Below the pieces are notes generated by a model that had not been told where the DNA came from, made no database searches, and saw only the letters and a list, made by a program, of their open reading frames with translations. Made by a program: the position numbers and the translations under genes. A stretch of 63,991 nt of DNA from Octopus bimaculoides (lineage: Eukaryota), in assembly GCF_001194135.2 (NCBI RefSeq), contig NC_068987.1:63066833-63130823 (forward strand), read 5' to 3'. This document shows, piece by piece, positions 13,300 through 25,754 of the stretch. Position 1 is the first letter of the stretch; every line of letters begins with the position of its first letter.

Positions 13300-13339
13300 G
13301 ATATGATATTTCGGAGTAAAAACTCCTTCTTCAGATATC
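13300..13339 (-). ncRNA. Minimal type-I hammerhead ribozyme motif with intact core
   Basis: Minus strand reads GATAT-CTGAAGA-A-GGAG-TTTTTA-CTCC-GAAA-TATC-ATATC: 5-bp stem I, CUGANGA core, 4-bp stem II, GAAA, palindromic stem III, AUC cleavage triplet. Confidence 0.75.
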
Positions 13340-13544
13340 CCTAGGAATTGATGGAGTCACTGATATAATTGGTTTTGCAACAGCACATTTTTTTTTCGGA
13401 AGCGTCTCAGCAGTGTTCTCAAGAAGCTCCTACCGGAATTCCTCATGAGAAGTGTGTGAGGTCGGCCATGTCTCATTCTTGTGTGTGCTGGCACATCCGT
13501 TAAGATTTACTATATATATATATATATATATATATAGTAAATCC

Positions 13545-13700
13545 CAAAAAGAACAAACACAAAAAAGCAACAACGCGAGGACGTGGTACATGTAATGTAT
13601 TAGCAGACGCTCAGGAAAGGAAAGAAAGATGGTTTAACGTTTCGAGCAGATGCTCTTCTTTGGAAACAGAGGAAAGTCCAATAGAAAGGAAGAGGGAGGA
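13545..13700 (-). mobile_element. Penelope-like terminal repeat with degenerate hammerhead (13632-13667)
   Basis: GTTT-CCAAAGA-A-GAGC-ATCT-GCTC-GAAA-CGTT-AAAC. Shares its 3' flank with the copy at 25561-25715 and abuts (TA)n at ~13512-13536. Confidence 0.55.
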
Positions 13701-14859
13701 AGAAAAAAATCGCCAACGAATCACATGTGGTTACATTTTGAAAATATATATGTGTGTGTGTGCATGTGTGGGTATATATCTTTCTGTCTCCTTGTTTAGA
13801 TATTGCATGATAGCCATAAACAAGTGGTAATGTCATAATGTCATACAATCAGTTTCATCCATTTTCAGTCTTCTGTGAAAAACATGTCTGACTATGGAGT
13901 AATACAACCACGTAACAACCGGTGTTGGTTCGTATACTTCCTTCGTAACATAGCGGTTCGGCAAAGGCGGTACCCCAGTATTGTCGCAGTTCAATGACGG
14001 AAACATGTAGAAGATGAAAGACATGTCTAAAAGTTATGAAATATTAACACACACTCACACAACTAACACAATGAAATTGAATAGATCTTGCAGTTTGAGG
14101 TTTGGTGCGTCAGCCTTTTATTATTATTGGAGTCATCATTATTACAAATTTTACTTACGAGGCAAAAATGTCAAGATACAAAACAGGATGAACCTTCTAG
14201 ACACTTTCCGAATACGATACAGAAAATAAGAAAATAAATAAAGAATATTATAAAGGATTTAATCAAATACATACAAATATTTACTTTATCTAGATTAAAA
14301 AACAGAAAGATAGAAATAAGGAAATCAACATAGATAACAAAAACTGAAAGCTATTTTGATAACAGAAAACTGAAAACTATTTACTTTGATAAGCTATTTA
14401 CTTTGAAAGCTATTTACTTTGATAAATCAAAAATATTTTGATAATGTATACAGATAAAGAGAGAAGATAATTTAATGTGCCCTATTACGAATCATTAGAG
14501 AAAGACGTATTAGTTGGCAATAAAAAAAAAGTGTACATTTCTTTCAGTTTTGTTTTCTTTTATCTTTCAGTACAGCAGACATGTATCTTGAATGAAAGAA
14601 AAAAGGAAGTTTAATAGCATTAAAATTGTCAGAGTGGCTGTTTTCTGACATACACACATATATATATATACTCCTTGACAAAGAAAAAACGTGAATATTT
14701 TCTTAAAGGATGATTATTATGGAAATCTATTAGCTTGCTGAATAATCATGGGGAAAAAAAACGAACTTAGAGTATAGTGTCCGGGTTGAAAATACAAGAT
14801 GAGGAAAAAACGAGAATAAATAGAATTAGGAATGTCTATAATAGTGTAAAATGAGAATT

Positions 14860-15700
14860 TATATAAGGTGGTTGTATGAAATGAGTGAGAGAATTGGAGA
14901 AAGTGGTTGTTGATGTAAAGAAGAGAGAAAAAAAGAAGACAGAACGTGGAGACAGAAAATGTGGTTGATGATTGTGTAAAAGAGAAAGAAAGGGAGTCAT
15001 GAAATGTGCTGATGTGAAGAGAGTGACAGTTAGAGCGAGCGAGAGAGTGAGTGATAATCAGAAAAGGTAATTGAGGTTGGAGAAAGAGAAAGAGAGAGAT
15101 AAAAATACGGTGGTTGATTGAGGTGACGGAGAGTGAGAGTGTGAGTTAAAAATGGTAGTTGATGAAGTGAGAAAGAGTTAGAGAAAGAGATCAGAGACAG
15201 AGGGGTTGTTGATGTGAGTGAAGGTAACAGAAAGACAGAGTTAGAAAATGTGAGGAATGATAAGAGTGAGTGCGACAGAGAGCGTTAACAATGTGTGTGA
15301 GAGACAAAAAGAAGGAGACAGAGAAGATGGTTGTATAATGTGAGTGAAAGAGAGGAAAAAAAGGGGAAGGAACATAAAATGTACAGGCGCACAAAGATAG
15401 TATAGAAGTAAATGTGCATTAAACAAGTGAAGAAAGAAATACGTGTGTACGAGGAAAAAAGAGAAAAGTATCTATTTTATTTATAAGAAAGAGGACAGTA
15501 AGAGATAAATATAGATAGAAAAATCAGTGAAAGAGTGTGTGTATGTGTGAACGAATGAGAGGGAAAAAGATTGAAAACTAGAGAAATAAATAGAGAATGT
15601 ACGTATGTGTGAGAGTGTATGTGCGTGAGTGAAGAAAGGACAGGAAAAACAATATGCGAGAATACAGAAAGAACTTAGGTTATAGTGGTTGGCGGTGTTG
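14860..15700. repeat. Purine-rich (GA) low-complexity tract
   Basis: About 0.8 kb dominated by G and A on the + strand. Confidence 0.7.
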
Positions 15701-17999
15701 AAAGAGTAGGGCAGGTGCTTTTATGAACACGGAGTGCTAACAGAGGAGGAGTTGGCAGTGCTTACTTGTTCTTTAGTTATAGTAGTGACAGTAGCAGTAA
15801 TAGTAGTAGTAGACATTATTCTTGTTATTATTGTTGCCGTGGCGGTTTTTTTCCCTCTCCAAAGCGATCCTTAAACCAACTGGTGTGCTAAGAGATACGA
15901 CATATGTTCTAGATTCCAACACCATACTTTAAAGAAAAAAAGTTAAACTAAAGTGTCAAACAAACAAACGTAAAAAACAAAAGTCATTAAGAACAAAAGC
16001 AGTTTGAAAAACCGAATCCGACAGTTTAGAATAAACTGGTCTCTGGAACGATCAGTTCTTGTCATCTTCCCCGTGAGTAAATTCATGCCCTCATTTTATT
16101 CGATGCGTGTGTGTATGTATGTATGCATGTATGATTTTATAGTCATGATTATGGGCCACAGAAATTCATTAGGGAATGAGTATTTGTATGAACAAACATG
16201 AGTGAGTGTAAGTATGTGTGCATATGAGTATGTATGTGATAGAGACAAACAGAGAGAGAAAGAATGATAATTAGAGAGAGAGAGAGAGTGAGAGGACGAA
16301 GGAAAATTAATGAGAGAGAGAGAGGCGAGTGAGAGGAGACGGGGTTTTTTTTTGAGGAAGATATCGACACATGCTTGCATTCTGTATGTAACTTCCACAA
16401 CATATTGCTCATCACATTTATGAGTGTTTTTCCCTCCGCGATATGATCGTATCTCATGGTCGATAACTGTTTATATGTATGTGTAAATAAATGCTTTTAT
16501 CGGAAAATATAATGTGTTTACGTATATTTCAACAGAAACAAACATATGGTCATATAGATCATTTTTGCTCATACACATGCGTACGCATACTCACACACAC
16601 ATCTTTTTGAAAGAGATACATGTACACGCTCACACACATAATGTGTGTATGTGTAAATATTTGCGTTTGTGGGTGTGTTTAAATGAAAAGCATATTGCCA
16701 CAAAGCGTAACTAATTCGTGAGTAAATGGGAAAATCTGGTCATACACAAATATTACATACATAGACACGTTTGAGTATGTATGGAAAAATAGTATCAAAG
16801 AATTTATGTATGTTTGTGGTAAACAAATAGATAGATAGAGAGAGAGAGAGAGAGAACGATAAGTGGCCTTGTTTCTTCGATAAGGCGTTGTTTTCAAAAT
16901 ACTCCGGCACGTTTATAGGCCTTTATCTATCCCTTCCTCATACCTGTTTATCTTAGTAAATTCTCATTTTTACCTTGTTCTTATACAGCTTTCTACAGAC
17001 CTCAAAAGTGATTACTTGATTTGCTATAAACAGCAGCAGTATCTATCTAAAATCACATCCTATTTGAGAAAGGATAAACCAAAAAAAGCGATGAGGTGAT
17101 GGATAGTCATGTGAGGAACACTTTTGATCAGGTTTATTGAGTTAGGACTGATCTAGGGTTAAACAAGATCTATTTTCTGATCAACAGAATTATAATTTTA
17201 ATCATTACTCAAAAATAACTTTCCGAAAAGACTGTTTCCTAAAGATTAATCTAAATAACAGTATTGTTATTTCTAATTGTATATCGGTATGTTAATTTCA
17301 TATCGTTGTTTTAGAATCATTGAAACTAGGTTCGTTATATCAGATTGCTTCAGAAACGTGTCACATCCTAGTTACCCTTAACTAACCCTTTATGACTGGT
17401 GCAGAAACTAGCCCACCATCCACCCGTTTCTCTGTCACCTAACTACTATCTGCTATTTTCTTCACTACGACCCACGTAGTCATTCGATCTGTTAGACATG
17501 ACAAGCAAATTTCCTCTAAACTACACTCTTCCGTCTCAAAGAAAAAAAAAAAAAGCGGTACATTGCACAGTGTAACTTGAAAACAAAACTGGATGGTCAC
17601 AATTAGAATGCTTTTGATCATACGTCTGCTTAATCAAGGCTGGGTTGTGGCTATACAACAACGAATCTTGTCCGCAGTCACCACCTCATTTTGTACTCGC
17701 AGTAATCACAATTCTCCAATGATTGTCTGTGTATGTTGCACGTTACCTTGCCCTTATAAGATATGTGTATGAATATTATTGTACACACGATTTAGGGGCA
17801 TGTACACAAACACTTATAAAAAATTGGCGATTTACTCTGTCGGTACTGATTGTTTCTTGCTCGACACGATCCTTCAGAATATACTACCATCTCTCTCTAC
17901 TCGTCTGATTGATCGTAGTGAACAGGAAATCGTAAGTAGTTTAGCAATGAAGTGACTCACCAGTTTCATACAAATAATTATACTCTACAGCTTGTATTG

Positions 18000-18200
18000 A
18001 GTACGCTTTGAGTATCTGAGTATGTACGTGTGTGTATGTGAGTGTGTGTGTATACAAACAAATGTATGTATGTGTGCGTGCGTGCATGTGTATATGTATG
18101 TATGTATGAATGTGTGTGTGCGTGCGTGCGTGCATGCATGCATGTATGTATGTATGTATGTACGCATGCATGTATGTATGTATTCACGTGTGTATGTATG
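18000..18200. repeat. Compound (TG)/(TATG)/(TGCG) microsatellite
   Basis: Read directly; it generates the HT/YI/CV-rich spurious ORFs. Confidence 0.9.
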
Positions 18201-18360
18201 TATACTGCTAGCAGCAGCGCTTGCAGCAGACGGCAATAACAATGCTCGAACAAAACAAAATATCTTCAGAATTGCATTAGGATTATCATTAATAATCGAA
18301 GAAGCTCCTAGAAAAACTATTGGACCATTCAGAAAATTAAACACAACCCCAGAGTATTCT

Positions 18361-18542
18361 CATCATCATCGTTTAACGTCCGCTTTCCATGCTAGCATGG
18401 GTTGGACGATTTGACTGAGGACTGGTGAACCAGATGGCTACACCAGGCTCCAATCTGATTAGGCAGAGTTTCTACAGCTGGATGCTCTTCCTAACGCCAA
18501 CCACTCCGAGAGTGTAGAGGGCGCTTTTAGGAGTGGTTGGCG
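18361..18542 (-). mobile_element. SINE-like family C copy
   Basis: (CAT)n-cgtttaacgtccgctttccatgctagcatgggttggacg..., nearly identical to 29886-30105 and 46720-46905. Confidence 0.85.
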
Positions 18543-18799
18543 TTATTCTTTAGTAAAAAGCAAAGGCTTCTGTTTCATTTATTAGTGCACTAAAACATCC
18601 TCCAGATTTTGTCAAAGTTGTAGAGATTCTACTGAAGCAATACTGTTCTCTTTTCAGTGGTACTGATTTGGTTGATTTATGCTGTATCTATTGAAGTTAA
18701 ACTAAATCCCTGATATATCAATCCTTAGACATCATAGTGGCTAATAAAATTAAACACAATGCAGCTGTAAAGCATCTTAAGTTACCCCCCAAGTATCTT

Positions 18800-20950
18800 G
18801 TAAACAGTATCGACATCAACTGATCCCTTTTGTCTATTTTTTGGAGAAAATGTATGGATGCTGTCTATAATACCTGAGCATTTTCTGTCCCTGTTTGTCA
18901 TCCCAGCTTTCAAAAATGGAAATAAATTGCTTACAGTAAATTACTGTTTGCTTACTGGTCTCTCTTATTTAAGTATTAGAGGGAGAAAGAGAGAGAGAGA
19001 AAGAGTGATGAAGTAACAATAACTGATTTTGAAGAAAGCAACAATCTTCTAAATCTCAGCTACCAATAAGTAGTAAAGACTGCTTAACACAGCTTCTACA
19101 CTCTAATGACATTTTGATTGCTTTAAGCGTGGGCCCCCAACATATGTCACATAACTCGGCTTCAGTAAGGCCACTCATAATCATTAATCATAACATTTTG
19201 ATGGAGAAAATTATCCAATATGGGAGTCTGCAGAAAGGTAACTGCAGAGGTTTAAGTGTTTTCTAGTATAACCCAACATATTGCAATCAATAAAATCCAC
19301 TCAAGCCCTGCAAAAGCGATGCAGCGGTGTCCAGCTCAGGAATTGTGTTAGCCCTTCCAAGACTTTCCTTATGTGTATATATATATATATATGGTGCCCC
19401 AACATGACTGCAGCTTTAAGGCCCGAGACAAGTTAAAGAGTTCTACATAACTTTCACATCTTTGCTCTAGGGAGTAGAGTTTTAAACTTTTACCATCTCT
19501 CCTAGATAATCTTGGTGCAGCAACATTGAATAGCTTCTAGTTCCATACCAACACTTTACATTGACCATAGCTGAGAGCAATAATCCCAATAGCTGAGAAT
19601 GAATGTCTCCAGGTGACATTCTTGTGAAGGATCTTGCAATGCATTCTACTAATTTGCACATTGTTGCCATAGGTGCATGAAACAAACCATCATTACTCAT
19701 ATTAACTTTCAGGTTGTGCAGTAGTTGTAATTCTGGGATTGCAGTATCTCTTGTCCTATATATCCTGATTGTGGCAAGTGTCCTATATATCCTGATTGTA
19801 GCAAGTGTTTAAAGTTTTCTGTCATTAAATTGCTTGTGCTATCTTCAGCATATTTGCATATTGTATTTAGGTCTTACTGGGGATTTGAGACATTATCAAG
19901 GTTCTTGATTGCCTTTGATACTTACCTGTCATCAATATTGCTAGTGAGAGTGCTGCTTGTGCAATTGAAGGTATGCCTGAGAATACAGCTATAAACAAAT
20001 ATGGTTCCTAAAACAGTTTCCTGGTGGACTCCATTCAGCATTAATGTTTCCCATGGAAGCACATCTTAACCACTCTTAGTTTTCCAATTTTGGTGAGATC
20101 ATCATGATCAACTTTATCAAAGGCCTTTGCAAAGTGAAGATATATCACATATACATTTGAATAATTTAGCTGCCATTTCAATACCCAGGCATAATGCTGT
20201 AGGAGCTTTGTAAATCTACTCAGGTAGAAATTATGCTGGTTGTTTGTACGCAAGTCATTTATTTCCCAGAAATGTGATCAGTTTCTCATTGATAATTTAG
20301 TTCTGCAATTTTGTTGATGTGTGAAGTTAGAGAAATAGACTTTTAATTTTTATCATCTGCTCTTCTTTCTCTTTTATTGATATAGTATAATATGCTTTGT
20401 TTTAACCTTTTGGAGAATTTTTACCAGTGAGTAAGCTTTTAAATTCTGGAATAGTTTTGCTAAAGCTTGTTTTCATGTTATTACGAGAATTATTGGAAAG
20501 CTACCAGGTTCTGTTGCTGAGTTTAAACTCATTTCACCTGTGGCTGACAATACATCTTTCTCCTTTATGCTGATGTTATCAATTATTGCACTTCGCTCCC
20601 ATAGAATTGCAATGTTGAAGAACTCATTTGGCTTATTTATTTACATGTTTTCCAATGAGGTGGTGACAATACTTTAGAATTGTTCATTCAGTATTTCCTT
20701 TATCCTTTTGAGGTCTGCAGCCAGCTATTTTTTTGGAATAATGGTCTTATTTTGTAAAGTACAAAAACTAATTATTTTGCAAATCAATAAAAGCTTTAGA
20801 GTTTGTTTCCTAATTTTCTGCAGCTCTGGTTTATTTGTGTTTCTTCCTTTTTCATAAGAATGTTTGATTTGCTTTTCAATATCTAGAAATATTCCCTTTA
20901 GGTAGTATTTTTCACTGTTCTTGAGTTGTTCACATAAGCAATTTGAGATC
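18800..20950 (-). mobile_element. Decayed CR1/L2-like LINE reverse transcriptase region
   Basis: Minus-strand motifs 'VIYLHFAKAFDKVDH' (~20110-20150), 'GVHQETVLGTIF' (GVPQGSVLGP-like, ~20000-20035) and 'KYAEDS' (YADD-like, ~19840-19855). Confidence 0.75.
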
Positions 20951-21038
20951 TATATTTTTTTGTGCTTTTTGTTTTGGACTCTAATCAGAAGACTAATAGA
21001 TATTGTATACAATGTGTAATATACATATATATGTATGT

Positions 21039-21101
<63 letters not shown>

Positions 21102-21249
21102 CTTTTCAAAGTTTCAGCTCAGAGCTGCGGCCATGCTGATGCACCACCGTGTATGTATATATATTATATATATGTATATGTATATATATATGTATATGTA
21201 TATAAATATTATATATATTATATATATATTCAATATATATAAATATATA

Positions 21250-21665
21250 GGCATGGGGAGAAGCTTGCTTCCCAACCACAGTTCTGGGTTCAGTCCCACT
21301 GTGTGGCATCTTGGGTAAGTGTTTTCTACTATAGCCTTTCGCCAACCAAAGCCCTGTGACTGGTTTTGGTAGATGGAAACTGAAAAAAGCCCATTGTGTG
21401 TGTGTGTGTGTGTGTGTGTGCTCGCATGAGTGTGTGTGTGTCTTTATGTTGGTGTTTGTTCCCCCCGTCAATGTTTGCCAACTGGTGCTGGTGCGCTTAT
21501 GTCCCTGTAACTTAGAAACCAATAAAATAAGTACCAGGCCTAAAATAGAAACCAATAAAATAAGTACCAGGCCTAAAAAAAAAAATAAGTACTGGAGTTG
21601 ATTCATTTGGCTGACAATTCTTCAAGTCAGTGCCCCAGCAATGTCACACTCTAATGACTGAAATG
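21250..21665 (+). mobile_element. tRNA-headed SINE (local family A) with internal 33-bp tandem duplication
   Basis: Family A head and tail motifs. TAGAAACCAATAAAATAAGTACCAGGCCTAAAA occurs twice (21513-21578). Confidence 0.8.
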
Positions 21666-21727
21666 CAGTGGCCGTTGCCAGTACCGCCTGACTGGCCTTT
21701 GTGCCGGTGGCATGTAAAAGCATCTAC

Positions 21728-22473
21728 NNNNNNNNNNNNNNNNNNNNNNNNNNNNNNNNNNNNNNNNNNNNNNNNNNNNNNNNNNNNNNNNNNNNNNNNN
21801 NNNNNNNNNNNNNNNNNNNNNNNNNNNNNNNNNNNNNNNNNNNNNNNNNNNNNNNNNNNNNNNNNNNNNNNNNNNNNNNNNNNNNNNNNNNNNNNNNNNN
21901 NNNNNNNNNNNNNNNNNNNNNNNNNNNNNNNNNNNNNNNNNNNNNNNNNNNNNNNNNNNNNNNNNNNNNNNNNNNNNNNNNNNNNNNNNNNNNNNNNNNN
22001 NNNNNNNNNNNNNNNNNNNNNNNNNNNNNNNNNNNNNNNNNNNNNNNNNNNNNNNNNNNNNNNNNNNNNNNNNNNNNNNNNNNNNNNNNNNNNNNNNNNN
22101 NNNNNNNNNNNNNNNNNNNNNNNNNNNNNNNNNNNNNNNNNNNNNNNNNNNNNNNNNNNNNNNNNNNNNNNNNNNNNNNNNNNNNNNNNNNNNNNNNNNN
22201 NNNNNNNNNNNNNNNNNNNNNNNNNNNNNNNNNNNNNNNNNNNNNNNNNNNNNNNNNNNNNNNNNNNNNNNNNNNNNNNNNNNNNNNNNNNNNNNNNNNN
22301 NNNNNNNNNNNNNNNNNNNNNNNNNNNNNNNNNNNNNNNNNNNNNNNNNNNNNNNNNNNNNNNNNNNNNNNNNNNNNNNNNNNNNNNNNNNNNNNNNNNN
22401 NNNNNNNNNNNNNNNNNNNNNNNNNNNNNNNNNNNNNNNNNNNNNNNNNNNNNNNNNNNNNNNNNNNNNNNNN
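21728..22473. other. Assembly gap (N run)
   Basis: N bases. Other gaps: 23917-23926, 24952-25466, 29020-29443, 30111-30471, 36976-37124, 39092-39101, 45504-45513, 47566-48004, 58023-58924. Confidence 1.
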
Positions 22474-22745
22474 CCGGTCTTCATACTCTTAATTGCTTTA
22501 TCTACCCTGGTACTATCAACTCGGATAGCTGGTCCCTCTATTGGGTCGACATAAGGCAGGCTCTCTTTCTCCCATTCATTCTCTTTATTAAGCAATTTAT
22601 CGTAGTGGCATCTCCAGACCTCTTTCTTTGCATCCTCATTTAATGCAAGCGTACCATCATCCATGCGAACACATTTCTCTCCTACAACATCACTATTCTC
22701 TCTCCTACACTGTCTTGCAACACGAAATACCTCACACAGTGCCAC
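22474..22745 (-). mobile_element. RTE-clade LINE ORF fragment (linker between endonuclease and RT)
   Basis: Open reading 'VFRVARQCRRENSDVVGEKCVRMDDGTLALNEDAKKEVWRCHYDKLLNKENEW...IEGPAIRVDSTRVDKAIKSMKT' runs into the gap. Confidence 0.8.
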
Positions 22746-22976
22746 ATAAAAAGCACCCATGCTGGTTCCATGTATAAAGCACCTGTACCACAGCCATGTA
22801 AAATACACCCAGTACACTAAAGTAGCTGGTGTTAGGAAGGACATCCAGCTGTAGAAACTATGCCAAAACAGACAATCTGAGTCTAGGCAGCTTTCTGGCT
22901 GGACAGCTCCTGTCAAACTGTCCAGCTCATGCCTCTATGGAAAACAGACGTTAAGTGATGATGATGATGATGATGA
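22741..22976 (+). mobile_element. SINE-like family C copy
   Basis: Family C body ending 'gacgttaagtgatgatgatgatg'. Confidence 0.8.
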
Positions 22977-23523
22977 GCTTCTTTCTATTTCTGTCTACCG
23001 AATCATCTCACAAGGCTTTGGTCAGCCTGGGACTATAGTAGAAGACACTTGATGAAGTGTCTTCTACTATACTGACCAAGTGTATTCTACTATATATGTA
23101 TGTATGTATGTACGTATATGTGTATATGTGTGTGTATGTGTATACATATGTATCTATGTGTGTGTGTGTGTGTATATATATACATATGTATATCTATATA
23201 CATGTATATATACATGCATATGTATGAGTGTGTGCTTGTGTGTTTGTTCCCTTTCCTTGACATCACATGATGGCTGTAAACGAGTGTCACCATCATACAA
23301 GTGATGTTGTTTTGATTCCAGTCGTACATGAAAACCTGTCTGGTCATGGGAAAACTTGGATCAAAGGCATTCCAGCTATGAGCACTGCAATGTGTCCTTT
23401 ATTTAAGATGGTAGGGTGCAAGGTAAAATATTTCCCATTGCTATAATATTAAAAATGAATGACACTGTTTCTACAACACGAACAGTCATTTTACAATTGT
23501 CACATGATGCCAAGACAGAGAGA

Positions 23524-23916
23524 CAGGAGTGGCTGTGTAGTAAGTAGCTTACTTACCAACCATGTAGTTCCGGGTTCATTCCCACTGCATGGCACCTTGG
23601 GCAAGTGTCTTCTACTATAGCATCGGGCCGACCAAAGCCTTGTGAGTGGATTTGGTAGACGGAAACTGAAAGAAGCCCGTCGTATATATGTGTGTGTGTG
23701 TGTATGTTTGTGTGTCTGTGTTTGTCCCCCCCCCCAGCATTGCTTGACAACCAATGGTTGTGTGTTTACGTCCCCTGTAACTTAGCGGTTTGGCAAAAGA
23801 GACCGATAGAATAAGTACTAGGTTTCCAAAGAATAAGTCCTGGGGTCGATTTGCTCGACTAAAATGGCGGTGCTCCAGCATGGCCGCAGTCAAATGACTG
23901 AAACAAGTAAAAAAAA
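23524..23916 (+). mobile_element. Near full-length tRNA-headed SINE (family A)
   Basis: A-box-like TGGCTGTGTAG and B-box-like GGGTTCATTCCC, internal (TG)n, and tail 'atgactgaaacaagtaaaa'. Many dispersed copies in the window. Confidence 0.9.
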
Positions 23917-24635
23917 NNNNNNNNNNGTTCATTCCCACTGCATGGCACCTTGGGCAAGTGTCTTCTACTATAGCATCGGGCCGACCAAAGCCTTGTGAGT
24001 GGATTTGGTAGACGGAAACTGAAAGAAGCCCGTCGTATATATGTGTGTGTGTGTGTATGTTTGTGTGTCTGTGTTTGTCCCCCCCCCCAGCATTGCTTGA
24101 CAACCAATGGTTGTGTGTTTACGTCCCCTGTAACTTAGCGGTTTGGCAAAAGAGACCGATAGAATAAGTACTAGGTTTCCAAAGAATAAGTCCTGGGGTC
24201 GATTTGCTCGACTAAAATGGCGGTGCTCCAGCATGGCCGCAGTCAAATGACTGAAACAAGTAAAAAAAAAATACATAAACAAACATGGTAGGGAAACTTA
24301 GCTGTTATTTCTAGCAGGTTGAATGGGCATGTAAAGCAGGAGTGGGAAACTTTTATAACAAGCATGAAATAAGAATAGCCCAAAAGGCAAGTCAGTTTAT
24401 AGCAAGTTTTAATTCATAAAATGTTAAAGAGACAAACATACACACACTCATATATGTACACAAGCATAGTAAGGAGATTTAACTGTTATTTCTAGCCGGT
24501 TGAGTGGGTATGTAAACCAGGTGTGGGGAACTTTTATAACAGTAGGGTTGAAGTATGAATACCTCAAGAGGCAAGTCGGTTCAAACAAGTTTTAATTCAT
24601 TAACCCTTTAACATTCAGATTATTTCTGTCAAATG

Positions 24636-24951
24636 TTGTTGTTGTTGGCACTCCATCGCTTACAACGTCGAAGGTTCCAGTTGATCCGATCAACGGAACA
24701 GCCTGCTCGTGAAATTAACGTGCAAGTGGCAGAGCACTCCACAGACACATGTACCCTTAACGTAGTTCTCGGGGATATTCAGCATGACACAGTGTGACAA
24801 GGCTGACCTTTTGAATTACAGGCACAACAGAATCAAGAAGTAAGAGTGAGAGAAAGTTGTGGTGAAAGAATACAGCAGGGTTCGCCACCATCCCCTGCCG
24901 GAGCCTCGTGGAGCTTTAGGTGTTTTCACTCAATAAACACTCACAACGACC
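24636..24951 (-). mobile_element. tRNA-headed SINE (local family E)
   Basis: Reverse complement of 38061-38442; (CAA)n tail at the left end. Confidence 0.85.
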
Positions 24952-25560
24952 NNNNNNNNNNNNNNNNNNNNNNNNNNNNNNNNNNNNNNNNNNNNNNNNN
25001 NNNNNNNNNNNNNNNNNNNNNNNNNNNNNNNNNNNNNNNNNNNNNNNNNNNNNNNNNNNNNNNNNNNNNNNNNNNNNNNNNNNNNNNNNNNNNNNNNNNN
25101 NNNNNNNNNNNNNNNNNNNNNNNNNNNNNNNNNNNNNNNNNNNNNNNNNNNNNNNNNNNNNNNNNNNNNNNNNNNNNNNNNNNNNNNNNNNNNNNNNNNN
25201 NNNNNNNNNNNNNNNNNNNNNNNNNNNNNNNNNNNNNNNNNNNNNNNNNNNNNNNNNNNNNNNNNNNNNNNNNNNNNNNNNNNNNNNNNNNNNNNNNNNN
25301 NNNNNNNNNNNNNNNNNNNNNNNNNNNNNNNNNNNNNNNNNNNNNNNNNNNNNNNNNNNNNNNNNNNNNNNNNNNNNNNNNNNNNNNNNNNNNNNNNNNN
25401 NNNNNNNNNNNNNNNNNNNNNNNNNNNNNNNNNNNNNNNNNNNNNNNNNNNNNNNNNNNNNNNNNNGAGAGAAAAAAAATATAAATGTAGTGGTCAGCGA
25501 TCTATCTATCTATCTATCTATATATATATATGATTGACCGTTGACTGAACACTATTCAAT

Positions 25561-25715
25561 TTTTTTTCTCCGTGTTTTTCTCCTTGTCTCCGTATTCTTT
25601 CTGTTGAAGAGCGTAGCTCGAAACGTCAAAGACTTTCCGTATTCCCGAGCGTCATACTAATATATACTTTTGTTATTTACACCACCTGTCCTCGTCTGTT
25701 GTTATTATTTGTATA
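25561..25715 (+). mobile_element. Penelope-like terminal repeat with hammerhead motif (25596-25632, core CUGUUGA)
   Basis: TCTTT-CTGTTGA-A-GAGC-GTA-GCTC-GAAA-CGTC-AAAGA, lying between TA-rich microsatellites. Confidence 0.65.
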
Positions 25716-25719
25716 TTCT

Positions 25720-25754
<35 letters not shown>

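Noticed and set aside
21630-22643. Long ORFs containing X runs (also at 24.8, 28.8, 30.0, 47.5 and 57.7 kb)
   Set aside because: Their length comes from N gaps, which contain no stop codons.
23574-24269. 343-bp direct duplication of a SINE
   Set aside because: Identical copies on either side of a 10-N gap: unmerged contig overlap, not a biological tandem repeat.
24302-24600. Diverged ~181-bp tandem duplication
   Set aside because: An old local duplication that begins in a common repeat motif (gctgttatttctagc); no sign of function.
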